Of a stretch of 40,277 nucleotides of DNA, positions 1-12,700 are shown piece by piece (position 1 is the stretch's first letter; every line of letters begins with the position of its first letter). The notes beneath the pieces were generated by a model. That model had not been told where the DNA came from. It did no database searches and worked only from the letters and a program-made list of their open reading frames with translations. The position numbers were made by a program, and so were the translations under genes. This DNA is from Catajapyx aquilonaris (Eukaryota), in the NCBI GenBank assembly GCA_000934665.2, contig JYFJ02003553.1, positions 1 through 40,277 on the forward strand. The letters are read 5' to 3'.

Positions 1-655
1 GCATGATCATTATTGGAAAACAGTTCCTTGCCATCATCAACCTTCTCAGCCTCTTATCACTAATCTAAATCTTCACGTGTAATAAACCTTGTCAAAAACC
101 ACGTTATTTTGACCAAATCTATCCAGAAATTGGCCTTTCAGAAATCGCATCAATTTTTAGTAGTGGGCCGGAAATGAAGCACCGGAATGTCCGCTCCATT
201 AGTGTAACCCCCTACCTCCTCTATTATTAGTCAACTACCAACTTTCATAAAACACGTGCTGCTATTGGAGGACCACAAAATGGCTGAATAGCCCTCTGCC
301 TGGCGCCGCTTGCATATTCTGAGTTTGTATAGCCACGAAGACCAGCTGACTATGCGATATTGTACCCTAAGCAGTCGGGTCACTGACACGTAATTATTTG
401 GTATGAAATAGGGGAAGGGAGGGGATGGTTGTGAATGGGGAGGACAGGGGCACGTGCCTCCCCTAGATAGAGGGAGAGAACCCTCCAACATCAAATTCGA
501 AACGATATGGATTAAATTTCCTGCCATTTTCAATACCTCATTTGTGGGGAATGCTATAGGCACAAATTGATTTTAACGCAATGCAGTCCGCACGCACAAA
601 CACACAAAAATAACCTAGATTTTCATTTTCTGATTGTGATTTTTTTTTGTTTCAG

Positions 656-710
656 AAAGAGCGAATTCCTGGGCTGTATGTCGTTTGGCGTGAGGCATGT
701 GCTTAAAAAG
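656..710 (+). CDS. Exon: C2 domain C-terminal part (KSEFLGCMSFGVRHVLKK)
   Basis: Acceptor ttttttttgtttcag, donor aag|gtgagt. Carries the FLGCMSFGV motif of RGS3/PKC-type C2 domains. Phase 2 to 0. Confidence 0.9.
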
Positions 711-3700
711 GTGAGTTACATGGATTTTTGATTGCCAGTGTGTGGGGTACTGTAAAGTGTTTATTGCGGAAACAGTGCGACCTACTGTACATATTGCTGT
801 ATTATGAGGTCTGACAGCCAATGATTGATCTCCACTCCAGTCATTTACTGTGTGCACTGTATGCAATGGTTGCATATTGTTGACTGTAAATGACCTGTAT
901 ATGTAATATCAGGAATGTCACAATGAGGCTCATCTTGAGATGAACTTACAGTATTTTCTGCAATATGTAATAATAATTTTTGTAATATTTTGTATACCAC
1001 TATTGGACTTACCCAGCCACACACACACACCCAAACCTGCAAACATCAAGTTTTAAATACACTGGCAATACGCTGGAAATACGCTGGCAATACACTGGCA
1101 ATACACTGGCAATACACTGGCAAAACACTGGGGCAATGCTGTAAATTTTGCACATTTTTTGTCACTCACCCTGACAACGTCGCATTGAACTCGCCCAATC
1201 TCTGCCAATTTAGAACTGTAGATCCGACTGAAGTTCTGATTGCACTAAAGGACAGGGTTGCCACAGTTTTCTGCCACTGGAAACTGCAATAAGTTTAAGG
1301 GCACATCCGAGCCATTTTGTGTCCAGTTTTTCTTACGACTACCTGACCTTTTGATGCAGTGGAGGCTGCTGGATTTTGAGCAGGATTGTGATACAACTCC
1401 CTTGAGCAAAATGCAGGGGTCGTGGGAAATGGTGCCTGCAGGTTGAGATAATGATTGCCCCCAAGTTTCCCAGAGAATTGGTGGGGCCTAATGAGGTTAA
1501 CCGCAGCCAACCGGTGGAGAATTGCGGACTGAAGACGACCCAACTTTACCGAAACTTGTGTGGGGGGTGGTCACACAAGCCTCTTCGGACTCTCCAAAAA
1601 AAAATAGTATATCGAAGTGTTGGAAAAAAGTCAAATGCGACTTTAATAGGGTCGGGTGGTCTGGACCTGATCCTGATTCAGTGCGAGAGATATCGATCCG
1701 GATGCCGACTTTTAGAATAAGGTCGCCTCCCACCCATTCGCCCACCCATAGTAAAGTTGCATACCGTATTTAAGGGGAGACGGAATGGCCTTAGTCCAAG
1801 TTGGAAGTTTTTCTTAGATCCAAACCCTCCCACCTCTCAAAGTAGTCCCGGAGGGGATTACAACTCTTTACCAATTCAGATTCCTCAGGGGAAATTTTCA
1901 ACTCTTGCTTGTCAACTCTGTCATAGTGCAGGGAAAAAGCGTGGAAGAGGACTCGAACTCATGTTTTATGGGGAGTAAAAGCTCGGAGTTTATGGAAATG
2001 CGAGCTTTTCTTATCCCATTTTTACGCAATAAGGCGAGCGAGAAACCGCTTTATGCTAGGCTTAACAAATAAAAAAAAGAAAAAAGGTCAGTCTTATTCA
2101 TACAGAGAGAATTCACTTTGTGTTCTAACCTGTAAAGCTGATTGCCAGAAGCTGCCCTGAAACATGTACATAGATGATGTACAAAAGGGGTAGCATATTT
2201 TCATTGTGTAATTGATGCTTGAAATATGCAGATAGAGCGCACAAAATAATATGCATAATAACACAATTAACGCTCTATTTATTGGCGAGTTGCACTTCAA
2301 AAGCAATTATTTTCATCAGCCTATAGTTGGGATAATTGTGGAGTGCCCCATTTCAAAAGTGGCAAACCACCAGGTGGTCGTATGTAAAATGCAGGTAAAT
2401 ATTTTGGCATCAAATTATCTCTGCATATATATCCTGTCAGTGACCTTTTGAAAATGGGCATGCACGTATCAAGTTGCGACTGATTTGCCTGAATAGGATA
2501 GGCTGTTATTTTAATCAATTAAAGCCATGAATAAATAATGGTTGCCAACATACCCGCTCAGTTATGTATAATTCAAGGAGACCTCTTTGATAGGGCGTTG
2601 ATTATGCAAATATATTCCCACCAGTCGCAATTATTCCCACTGATTCAATTCTGCCAGGCCGAATATTTTGTGCAACAAACTTTTCACTCCCCGATAATTA
2701 GATAACTGGCCGATATGGGTCGAACCAGATTAGGATTCCTGCCTCAAAACAGATTTCCTGGGTTCTCATGGTGTTTCAGGAATTCTCCTGGGGGCTATTA
2801 TTCTTCATTAGTGACCCACGAGAATTTACCATTAACTCAAGTTAGGGGAGTCTCACTGCATAAATCTTCTGGTCTGCTTAAAAATTCTGCAACTGGCAAA
2901 AGGGGGGGATGCCTTTTAATGATTTTATTAATGAGCTGCATTCGCCATTACATCTTCCTCTGCTGGCAGAAATTAAACCTTTGCTTTTCAGAATGAGTCT
3001 GACCAGGTTATATCAGGCTGCACGTAAAAATGAGCTTCATTACCAGAGTAAACATTACAGCACAGAGCAGTGTATTTGTACGTGCGGAACAATATTCGGT
3101 TCAGATATTTGCCTCGTTATGTACACGTTAAATAGTGGGATAGGTAGTGGAGTGCTTCATGTGTGGTGTAAGCCCAAACCGGATTTTACGGGTCTGAAAC
3201 TACGAAATTGTAGGTTTTTCCCTGAGAACCGGATAGGATGGGTCCAGCCTTGTGCTTGGCGATAAAGTCGCAACTTGGACCATTTCTGTCAAGGAGACGG
3301 CGCCGGAGGAAGACGCCCGATAAATCTTTTTGCCTTTCCCCCCCCTTATCCACCCCGCCTGTTTCTTTGTAAACGTGGTGTGTGCTCAGAAGGGGGTCCA
3401 ATTGAAGAGTAAGGCCTTACCCTTCCGAAAACGTGATCTAAGTGCGCCATTCCGGGGATATCGCCCGGATTGCAAAATTCTGTGTGCGAAAGCAGTTTTC
3501 ATGATGGTTTCAGCACTATTGCGACTCAACTTCATGTCACGATCCGGGGGTTTTTCGTGAGATCAATACGGTTGTTAACCTCTTCTCAAGGTGTTCTGTG
3601 GACCACGATTCATTAGATTAATTCATGCACACTCCATTATGAATGCTTTGATAAGCCAGGGGCGGGATGAAAAATCCCAGAGTGATCGGGTGTTATAAAT

Positions 3701-6700
3701 TCTGCATGACCCAGCATTACAGATTCATCTAGTATGCTTTAAAATGGCGGGCCTTGCACTAAATTATACTCGGAAGCACATGTTTTAGCCATTACTCTTT
3801 TGTACTCAGGCAGCGAAACGGGTTATTTCGAGCTATGCAGTTGGGCCCAAGCAACGTGAATGGTTTGCTTAAGTTTACACAGTTGCTTAACTATTCCGCT
3901 CCGGATTCTGCAACCGGATAATGGACCAAGTTTTTTTTTTCTTTCTCAGGAGATCTCAGGCTGGTTCCGCCTACTCTCCGACAAAGCCGGTAGGAAGAAA
4001 CACTGCACACTGGCAGATAAGAAACCAAGAGGTAAGTAGCACGCCATGATATTAGGGAGTTAAAAACAAAGTATGGCGCAGTTCCGTTCTGGATATTACA
4101 GCATTACAGTGCAGTACGCTTTAATATGAACGTAATTGTAGCGAGTAATAGAGGAAAATTCGTGTAACCATTTCGACCATAAAAATTTTCAGTAAAGTCT
4201 GCAAAAATGATGTGCATTAGCCGATAATTCGCCTGACAAATTGCTAGGTCTTGCAGTTTTATTATGCATGCACTTTCCTCGTTGCTTTGTGAATTGATGC
4301 ATACATTTTTAATGATATGTACTGTACAGTATAGTATACATCCTTGTAAATCTGCGTTATCAATATGCATCCATGGACGGCAAATATGAGAGTGTACTTC
4401 GCTTAAAAATGATATCCTCGTAACTTCAAAGGATCGATAGGTCAAATTGCAGCTCTTGATTCATAGGCAGCTGACATACTCTGTTTTCATGAAGAGTTTT
4501 ACAACATTGTTTGGACACCTTCATAACTTACACAAAGCATTTTTGTGCCCGTAGTCTCACCATGTCATGGATGTTTTCGGGCGAAAAACGCCTCTCGATA
4601 TACTAAAGCACTCACAACAGCTGAGCACTCTTAAGAGACCATATGTCAGGCCAAAAAAAAGTTTCGGCCAAACACAACCTGACGCTATTCAATGATCAAC
4701 GCTCTAGTGCTTTTTATACCGTGTGCTGAGCGTCAGGGTAAGCGTGGGATAAAATTTTCGGCCATACACTGCATTCTATAGTCTTAGTAATGTAAAAGTT
4801 ATAAATGGGAATTTCAACTTATTCATGTAATATTCCCATTTCCAACCTCACGCTCTGGTTTCCCCCACAAATTGCATGGTCCAACTTTGATCCGATATTA
4901 CACCTACCACTATATATGCATATACACAACCAATTTGACAATTAATTCGCACACAACATTGCTCCAATCTGCATTATTTCAGTTGCAGCTGCAACAATTT
5001 CAACCCCACCCTACCTTTCTGACTTTACAAGATGGCCGGAAACCGCATAATCTCACATCGAATCCCGTAATCATCAATCTGGTTAGCTGCCAAATCGATG
5101 CCATAACTCGGGATAAGTTATGACAGGCGCAAAACATGACATCCGCAGCCGACTGTGTATGGTTGACGGTCTCGTCGCACCCCATGTAACACTTGTTTGT
5201 GTGTATGACGCGCCTATATTTGCCTCCCAATTAATAATAAAATTAACCCCTAGAGAGCCCTATAGTTCAAATACCGGTCACAATGCTAATGCTATTGGGT
5301 ATGTAGGCCTACTGTACGCCTCCTCGCTAACTTCTGAATCATTTATCAGGGTCGTAAGAATTTTCCAGCGGGGGCCATACCGGTTCTGCAAGTCCTTAAA
5401 ACGGGTGATGCACGTACGTTGAGCCGTGACCCTCAACCCTATTTTATGGATTTGCCACGAACGTTTTAACGACGCTGCTGCCTGCCTTTTTATGTCGGTC
5501 GAAATTTTTCGAGTTGAGCTATGATGGCAGTTCCGAGCACTTTTCCAAGGTGAAGACGACCCGACCCACATCGAATATTAAAAGCTGTTGTGTTAATCCA
5601 ATTTCATAACCTCCACTTATAGTATTCATTACAGACCAATTATTCGAGATTTAAATCCCATTTTCCATGATTCGCATAGGCGCTTTCATGCGGTACATAT
5701 ACACTTTTATTGAGCGGACCAAAATTCCATATCATAAGCACGTACCGCATGTAACGCAGTACAAAACCAATTTGGGGCATTTCAAATTGCAAAATATGGC
5801 AAGGCGTCCCTAGTCGGAAATGGCGGTCTGGCCAATCAGCCACCGATGCACACGAGGCATATAGAAAATCAATGTCCTGTCCTATTTTTTTAAAAAAAGG
5901 CAATAACCTCAGACGTTACACCAGCAGTAATTGAAGGCGGGGTTACCAATACGACAGAGTTGACGCCTCACTTATTAGTTTCGCAAACTCCCCTAATTTC
6001 CGCCTCAATGTGTCAACCGGTAATCAATAAGTTAATATCATTGGAAGAAATGCTATGCTCTCAAAATCATCCTGGGCAGCATCTGTGCGCAGCAAATTGT
6101 TTCAAGGACTATCCTTCGCATTGATCCAGGAATCCCAAAAGAGATTTCTCCTGAAGTCTCTCTCCCCTTGTCTGAATTAGACCCCTTTTTCCTTCCTTCC
6201 TTCCTTCCTGGCTCGACAAGGAGCAGAGGGGGAGATAAAGAAATGGGCGTGATCGTTTGTCAGAACCCGGTTCCAGGATATGGCAATATGAAAAAAAAAA
6301 ATGAATTAAAAAGCAAGGGAGTCGGACTAGAACAAAGATGGAAGTCGCAGGTGTGGCTCGTGTCAGATTTTTTTATATACGATATAGAGCAAATCTTGTC
6401 GAAACTTTAATGATATATAACTTCAGAAAGGTTTCGATCCTGGATTTGTGGCACGTGGATATTTTCTCACGGTCCTAATGGTAGTAGGGATCCAACTATA
6501 GGGAACCCCACGACAACCTCTAAGCTATTCTTATAATGGGAAGGTTCCGGGGGAAAAAAAACTCAATTGGGCGGGGTCGGAGACCACTTTAGGAAATGAA
6601 TTAAAATGGAAAATTAAACGTGATTTATGGCCAGATTGGACCGCACGTTGCACTTATGAAATTACGGAAATAATGTTTTTTAGCCCATTGAGTGGACACA

Positions 6701-9700
6701 CCTGGATGACATGGTAGATGTAACCGATCAGAGGGCATATTGGGATAACTGTTATTGCTCAGGAAAATAGCCAAAAAAGTCGGCCAAAAACGACTTGGGC
6801 CGAAAATAACGGGTACATAGCTGCTTAAAATGGCTATTTTCCTGAGCAATAACAGTTATCCCAATATCCCCTCTGATCGGTTACATCTATACCGATAATA
6901 TTTTCACGACTTTGTTTTTAAACGCAATTTATTGACACTTTTGAAATTTAGGATTAGTGTATGACCCCCGTTATGCGCCTGCGCAATGGGGAGGCAGCGC
7001 CTCTGGTGGATGGGAAGCGTAACTACGGTAATAATTTTTAAAAACACCCTCTAGTGGACTTCTGGTGCCAACCATGCGTGGCATGCACAGCCCCTATACC
7101 AAAATTCGTCCGAATTGAGCTGAAGCAAACCGCACGCGCCTCCCTTCAAATCCCATCTTTGCCATGAAATTCTACGCCTCAACCAACACAGTCTTCCCAC
7201 AAAATCCGGTAGAGCAAGCGGGTTGTGATGGGAGTTCGGGACAAAAAACCTCCAGAAAGCGTCCGGTTGGAGAGGGCTTAACCCAGAAGTTTATCTGCCC
7301 CAAAATGGGGTCTCCCAAAAGTTCAAAATCCCTCTTCCCAGGAACATCCCTATCCTACCATTCAACAAAAGGAGGAAAGACACTCCAGACTTTTTTGAAT
7401 CCAAATAAAAAAAAACACGTTCCTTTGAGAATAATGCAATCCGAGGTAGGATTTTAACCACCGAATACTGGTGTGGCCCAAGTGCCCCTTTTGGGACCAG
7501 CTGGTAATTACTTTCCGATATCGACTTCAGAAAGGCAAATGGGTCTTTGCCTTAGTAGTTTCGCTTCCAGTTGAGAAACTCAACCCTCCGCCCCTATTTA
7601 TCAGGCTACTTTACACGCTCCAGCTCCAAAGCCAAACTTTTTTCACTCCAAAAGATGGTCATCTAAATCACATCAGGAGCCTCGCAGCCTCGAGTAAACT
7701 TGCATTCAATTATCAATCTAGTTGCCGCTGGGGATTATGGGGGCCGCCCGTGACGCAAATCCTAGTCTGGAAATATGTCCACCGTGGGCGACGTGGCATA
7801 TGGGTATTATACACCGGAATAGTAATGACGAAGCTGGAGACGGCTGACCTGTGCATGCTGTGACACTAGATGGCGGGGGTGGATCTGGCTGTGTTGTACT
7901 AAGTCGTGAGACAGCCGGAGACGAGGCTAGTCACAGTACCACCATCCTAACTTTTTGTGATATATCGAACTAGCTTTTCAACTTTTGGGCCAGCGGTAAT
8001 GGGAATGGAACAGCAGGTTTTGGCTTTTTAGAAGAGCCCGTATATTTTTTAAAGAAATACTTTGCCGAAGTAGCAAGTTTGCTATGAAAAGTTTGCCATA
8101 TGAGATGAGGGAGTGGGTTACATCAGTAAAATATTAAGTAGGTTTGAGGAATGGGGATAGGGGGTAGAGGATTCGATTCACGGTTAGCTGGGTTTCAATT
8201 CCGGGCACATGTTTCATAAGGAAGAATATTACACGAGCGGGAGAAGCTCTCCGGTGAGACACTGTATAACTTTGATCTTACACCACGATGCCCACCATGA
8301 CTATAATCTTATCTTTTTTTTCCTCCACCTTGAAGGCGTCGTATTAAAACGCAATGGAGACTCTAAGGTCTAAGCATTACTCACTGCAAAATAAGTGGCA
8401 TATTCTGTTCTCCAAAGGCGAGTCGTAAATGGTAGCAAAAAGTCGCAGATAAATCATCTGGGGTTGAAACATGAGTATCCAAAGAAACAAAAGGGAGCAC
8501 TTGAAATTTCAAGGGGCCACTCGGAAGGCGAAGGGCCCGAGGGCCAGAAAGAAGCGCCACTCAAACAAAATGGGTTGTTGAGTTGACATCATGAGTTAGG
8601 AAAAAGCGGCATGCAGTTAATTAAATGGTCACAAATTGCTTTGGTTTGACCGTTACAGGCTCTCCTACAGTGTCTCTGAAGGAACACTTGATGCCCATCA
8701 TGGACGACAAGAGTGTCTCGAACGCCACGGACCAGGAATGCAGCAGCAGCATTTCTTCAGGAATAGGTCAGGTATATAGTGGTTTGGAAGGTATGGCGTG
8801 CTTACAGAGCGATATTTATTGGACCCTTCAGACACGGGAGGGCCGTCCAGTTCGATGGAGGGACCAGACGGTCCACGGACGCCGCATGGGTCGGTGGAAG
8901 GAAGGATGCTTGGGCGGACGCCGTACACTGTCACCCTGGAGATGGTGAAGGACGAGAGAGGTTTCGGATTTTCAGTAGCGTGGACTCATCCTCCCAGGTA
9001 ATACTTACGACGCACCTGTTTATTCTGTTGCATTATAGTGGAAAAATGAAGAGTTCATTTGAAAATATTGAGTACCAATTTAAAGTGGAAATTGCGAGCC
9101 GTCAAGTGTGTTACAGTACAGGTGACCTTTAAATATTTAAAGGATGTTCTGGTGTTTTCACGCCATTTACTCGTGCTTGTGGGATATGTTGGGCGACAGT
9201 ACCAATGTAATGAGGTCATTCAAACCAGTACAAATAAGTGCAAATAACGCAATTATTATAAATTTTCAGGGTGGAAAGGGTGGAGGCAGGTCTTCCTGCA
9301 GCCAAAGCCGGAATGCGTCCTGGTGACTACCTCATTTTCGTGTCAGAGGACAACGTGGTGAAAATGGCAGAGGAGAAAGTCCTTCAGCTCATACAGTGAG
9401 TTGCTGCAAATGAACTTTGCTAGACAGCGAGTTCTAATCTCTATTAATTTCCAGGGACTGCGGAAATCGCCTTGTAGTGGAGGTGTATAGGAAGACTTGC
9501 GGGAAGAGCTTAGACGGTCTGAACGGCATCTCACTACCATCAACGTCTAAAGAAGAGCGTCCACTCAAGAGCAGGCATGGTCTCAGGGAAATGGCTATTC
9601 TTAACGGGGTCCAGTACATGGGGAACGAAACGCCAAAACTATCTAAAGTCGCGTTTCTTCGGAAGGTGGGTAGCGGAACCTATGTGTGATTAGGACATTG

Positions 9701-12700
9701 ATGTTTCCCCACTTGAGTTTGTGTTACACTGTACATATGATTTTATACTCTTATTGTGACAATACAATTTGATTATCGTTTATTTGTTATTGTTTTATTG
9801 TTCATTTTCTTCTTCCATGTGTTGTGTTTAATTCCTGGCTCTCTTGTATTGCACCCTATATGTTTCTGTGCCTACTATCCAGTGACAGTTTATCATCCCT
9901 CTGAGCAATTTATTGGACTTTGCAGTATTTAGCAGCAATCCCCCATTTCCATGTTTCTGTTAATTTAATGGCTACCTGTCCTGCTCCCCTTTGCACTGTA
10001 CGACCTTGTGCAGGTCCTAATAAATGACTAAATCCATAGGAAGCTGAAGATGAAGTGCTAGCGTCCAGCGTATCTTCTTTAGCCACCGGAACTGGGTCAG
10101 CCGACAGCAACATTTATTTTCCACCCCATGCTGGTTGCCCCGTGAACGTCACCATGCAAGACCTTGAAGATCGCATCGTATTTGCTAAATGTAAAGTAAG
10201 CCTTCCACTGCGGTACTCGTCAAGTTACGGATTAGTCAAGTAGACTCTGTCATTCCCTGGCAAGGACAATGACTTTCATTCAACTAATGTATGCTACATC
10301 AGAGCAGCATACTGACAATTTTACGTAACAAGTGCTGACAGTATGACTAACTCTTTTGTTCCCGCAGGCATTTCAACTAGTGGTGTCCGGAAGAGAGTTA
10401 GTGTTCTGTGGAGAATTGTCCCGTGTGGAAGGTCGCTCTGTCCGGCCATGCTGCGCCATGCTATTCACCGACCTTTTGGTTTTGACCACTGTCACCAGAG
10501 ACAGGGTCGTGTTCGTCGTGGACGAGCCAGTGGTCCTCTTCAATGTGGTCAAGGCTCAGTTCAATACGCAGAAGAACAGCGAGGGTATGTCGCCCACCAT
10601 TCCAACGGCTAACCTTGTCCCTTATTACCACCCGATGCGTGCAGCATAACTGAACACAAACTTTTGAAAAAGCACCTTAATTAGCACTGTTCAAGGGGCG
10701 CCAAGTTACTAATAATTCCTACGCCCCACTAGAAACCGGCTGGTCCACCTCTAATGGAGGCTCTTTTCTGGGGCCTTGTTAAAAGGCTATTCTCATGCTA
10801 ATGTGAAAGGAGAATCGGAAGCAAGGACCTTTCGCAGTTTCTTATCATTTCGTCTGAAACCAGTAATGGGCACCTGTCAAAATTGTAGCATGTACGAGGT
10901 AACGGTTTTATCATTGATGGTGTTTTTATAGCTGCCATTATCACAGAATAAACTATAGCTGTAGTATGTCATACTCATGCACCCTAATTTTAACGCTATT
11001 TATTGCCATGATCTGCAGGTACGGAATTCCGCCTGGTGGTTGAGACTAAAACTTCGAAAGGATCTCGAAGGTCAAGAAAATCAAGAAAAATGCTTATATT
11101 TCGAGCACCAACGACGGAACTGAAACATGTTTGGCACTCTCTTCTGCAACGGCAAATGTGAGTATAAGCCTACGTATGAAACTATATGCCCATAGTACAC
11201 TTAGGGGGCCGTGTACAGTACAGTGAATAAGTGACAAAGTTCACATTTAAAATTTTAAATTTCTAAAATTCCCTTTACCCCCCACTCAAGGCCGGTTTTA
11301 TGAAAGCAAACTAACACCTAGAGATATTCTATGATTATGCAGAGGCAGTCTACACTAGACATTCCGAAGAGGTTTTTCATAATATATGTTTGATGTAGTG
11401 GCGCATGACAATGTAAAATTCTCTAGGACTTCTTAATGTACTGTAAGCTGTTGCAACATTGATTCTGGCTGCAAGGCAGTATTAGGGAAGAGACCTGCCT
11501 TTATAAAAAATTAGTTTGCACTGCAGCAACTTCCGGGCTCACGCAGCCGCTTGCTGTGAGCTAGCACGAGACAGTATATAGTAGGCTGAAAATATTTTTT
11601 CTCTTCTTCAGATTGTACGTGAACACCAAGTACAGCAACGACGGAGTTGCAGTGCCGGTGAAGGAACTTCCGATCATCAGTTGCTCTCCCTACGGAACTC
11701 CCATTCGTCGTCAAACCGCCTCCATAACTTCCAAACTGGCTTCCTGCTCTACTCCCACCGCCAGGACCAAGTTCAGTCAATGCCGAGTGACCTTTGGCCT
11801 GGGCAACGACACCCCCTTCGGAACCCCGACCAGAGACTGCCGACAATACTATGAGCGCAAGAGACTGGAGCTCTTAGGGAGCAGGGCCAACTCTGAGGGC
11901 GAGTCCTCAGACAGCGAGGTCCTCCAGACCACCATGTCATCTTCCGAAGGAGGCCAGTCCTCCTCAGGGGGCGGTGGCGAGGGCGGCGAAGACGGTGGTG
12001 CTGGTGCTGGTAGGACGGTCAAAGGAAAGGCCTCTCAAGGCTTGCGCGTCAAGACCACGTGCAGAACCGACAAGTGTGCCAGTGACGTGATGCCAGCAGG
12101 TAATAAGTCCCCCTTCCCCGCCATGCACAGGCGGGTTATCATGGGAACGCACTGCCTGACTCCTCCCATGGCTTCCAGTACCCCCAAAGTGCCGCCTAAG
12201 CGCGCTCGTGAGGACTACGAGGACTACCTTGCCCACTGTGTAGAAACTGACTACCCGGAGCTTCTGGGAGCACCTTCCAGAGACGACGACGACGCTCGCA
12301 GCGACGGCACTAGTTCCCCTTCCAGCAGCCTCAGCGGGACTAGGTCCATTCCCTTCATCGACGAAACATTGCACGGTGACATGTCCAAATCTCCTAGTCC
12401 CAAGTGTTGCTCTGTGTCGCCAGCCACCGAATCTCCCTTCCTGTTGTGCTCGGTTCAGGAGAGTGCCATGGACAAGTTCAGCCTGTCCACCTGCACCGGG
12501 ACTGTCCTGGGAGAAAGCTACGCCGAGATTCATTCGGCTTGTCTGAAGAAAGTGCCCCAAGCCGTCTCTCAGGGAGGTGAAGAAGGTTTGTTGACCAAGA
12601 GTTGCACGTTTACGCGCCTGCCACCAGGGGAGAGGGAAGCGATGGCCAAGAGCTGTACCCTTCAGAGGATACCTGCCGTGGAAGAGGACGACGACTCGCC

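Noticed and set aside
1056..1132. Regular repeats considered as CRISPR-like
   Set aside because: They are contiguous 11-mers with no spacers, in a eukaryotic intron, with no cas genes.
1450..1800. Possible Helentron/DINE-like remnant in the first intron
   Set aside because: It looks repeat-like, but I could not define termini or find a second copy in the window.
4630..5790. Short inverted repeats (cctgacgct/agcgtcagg at ~4678-4737 and catgcggtac/gtaccgcatg at ~5687-5751)
   Set aside because: Only 9-10 bp cores with weak extension, so element boundaries cannot be defined.
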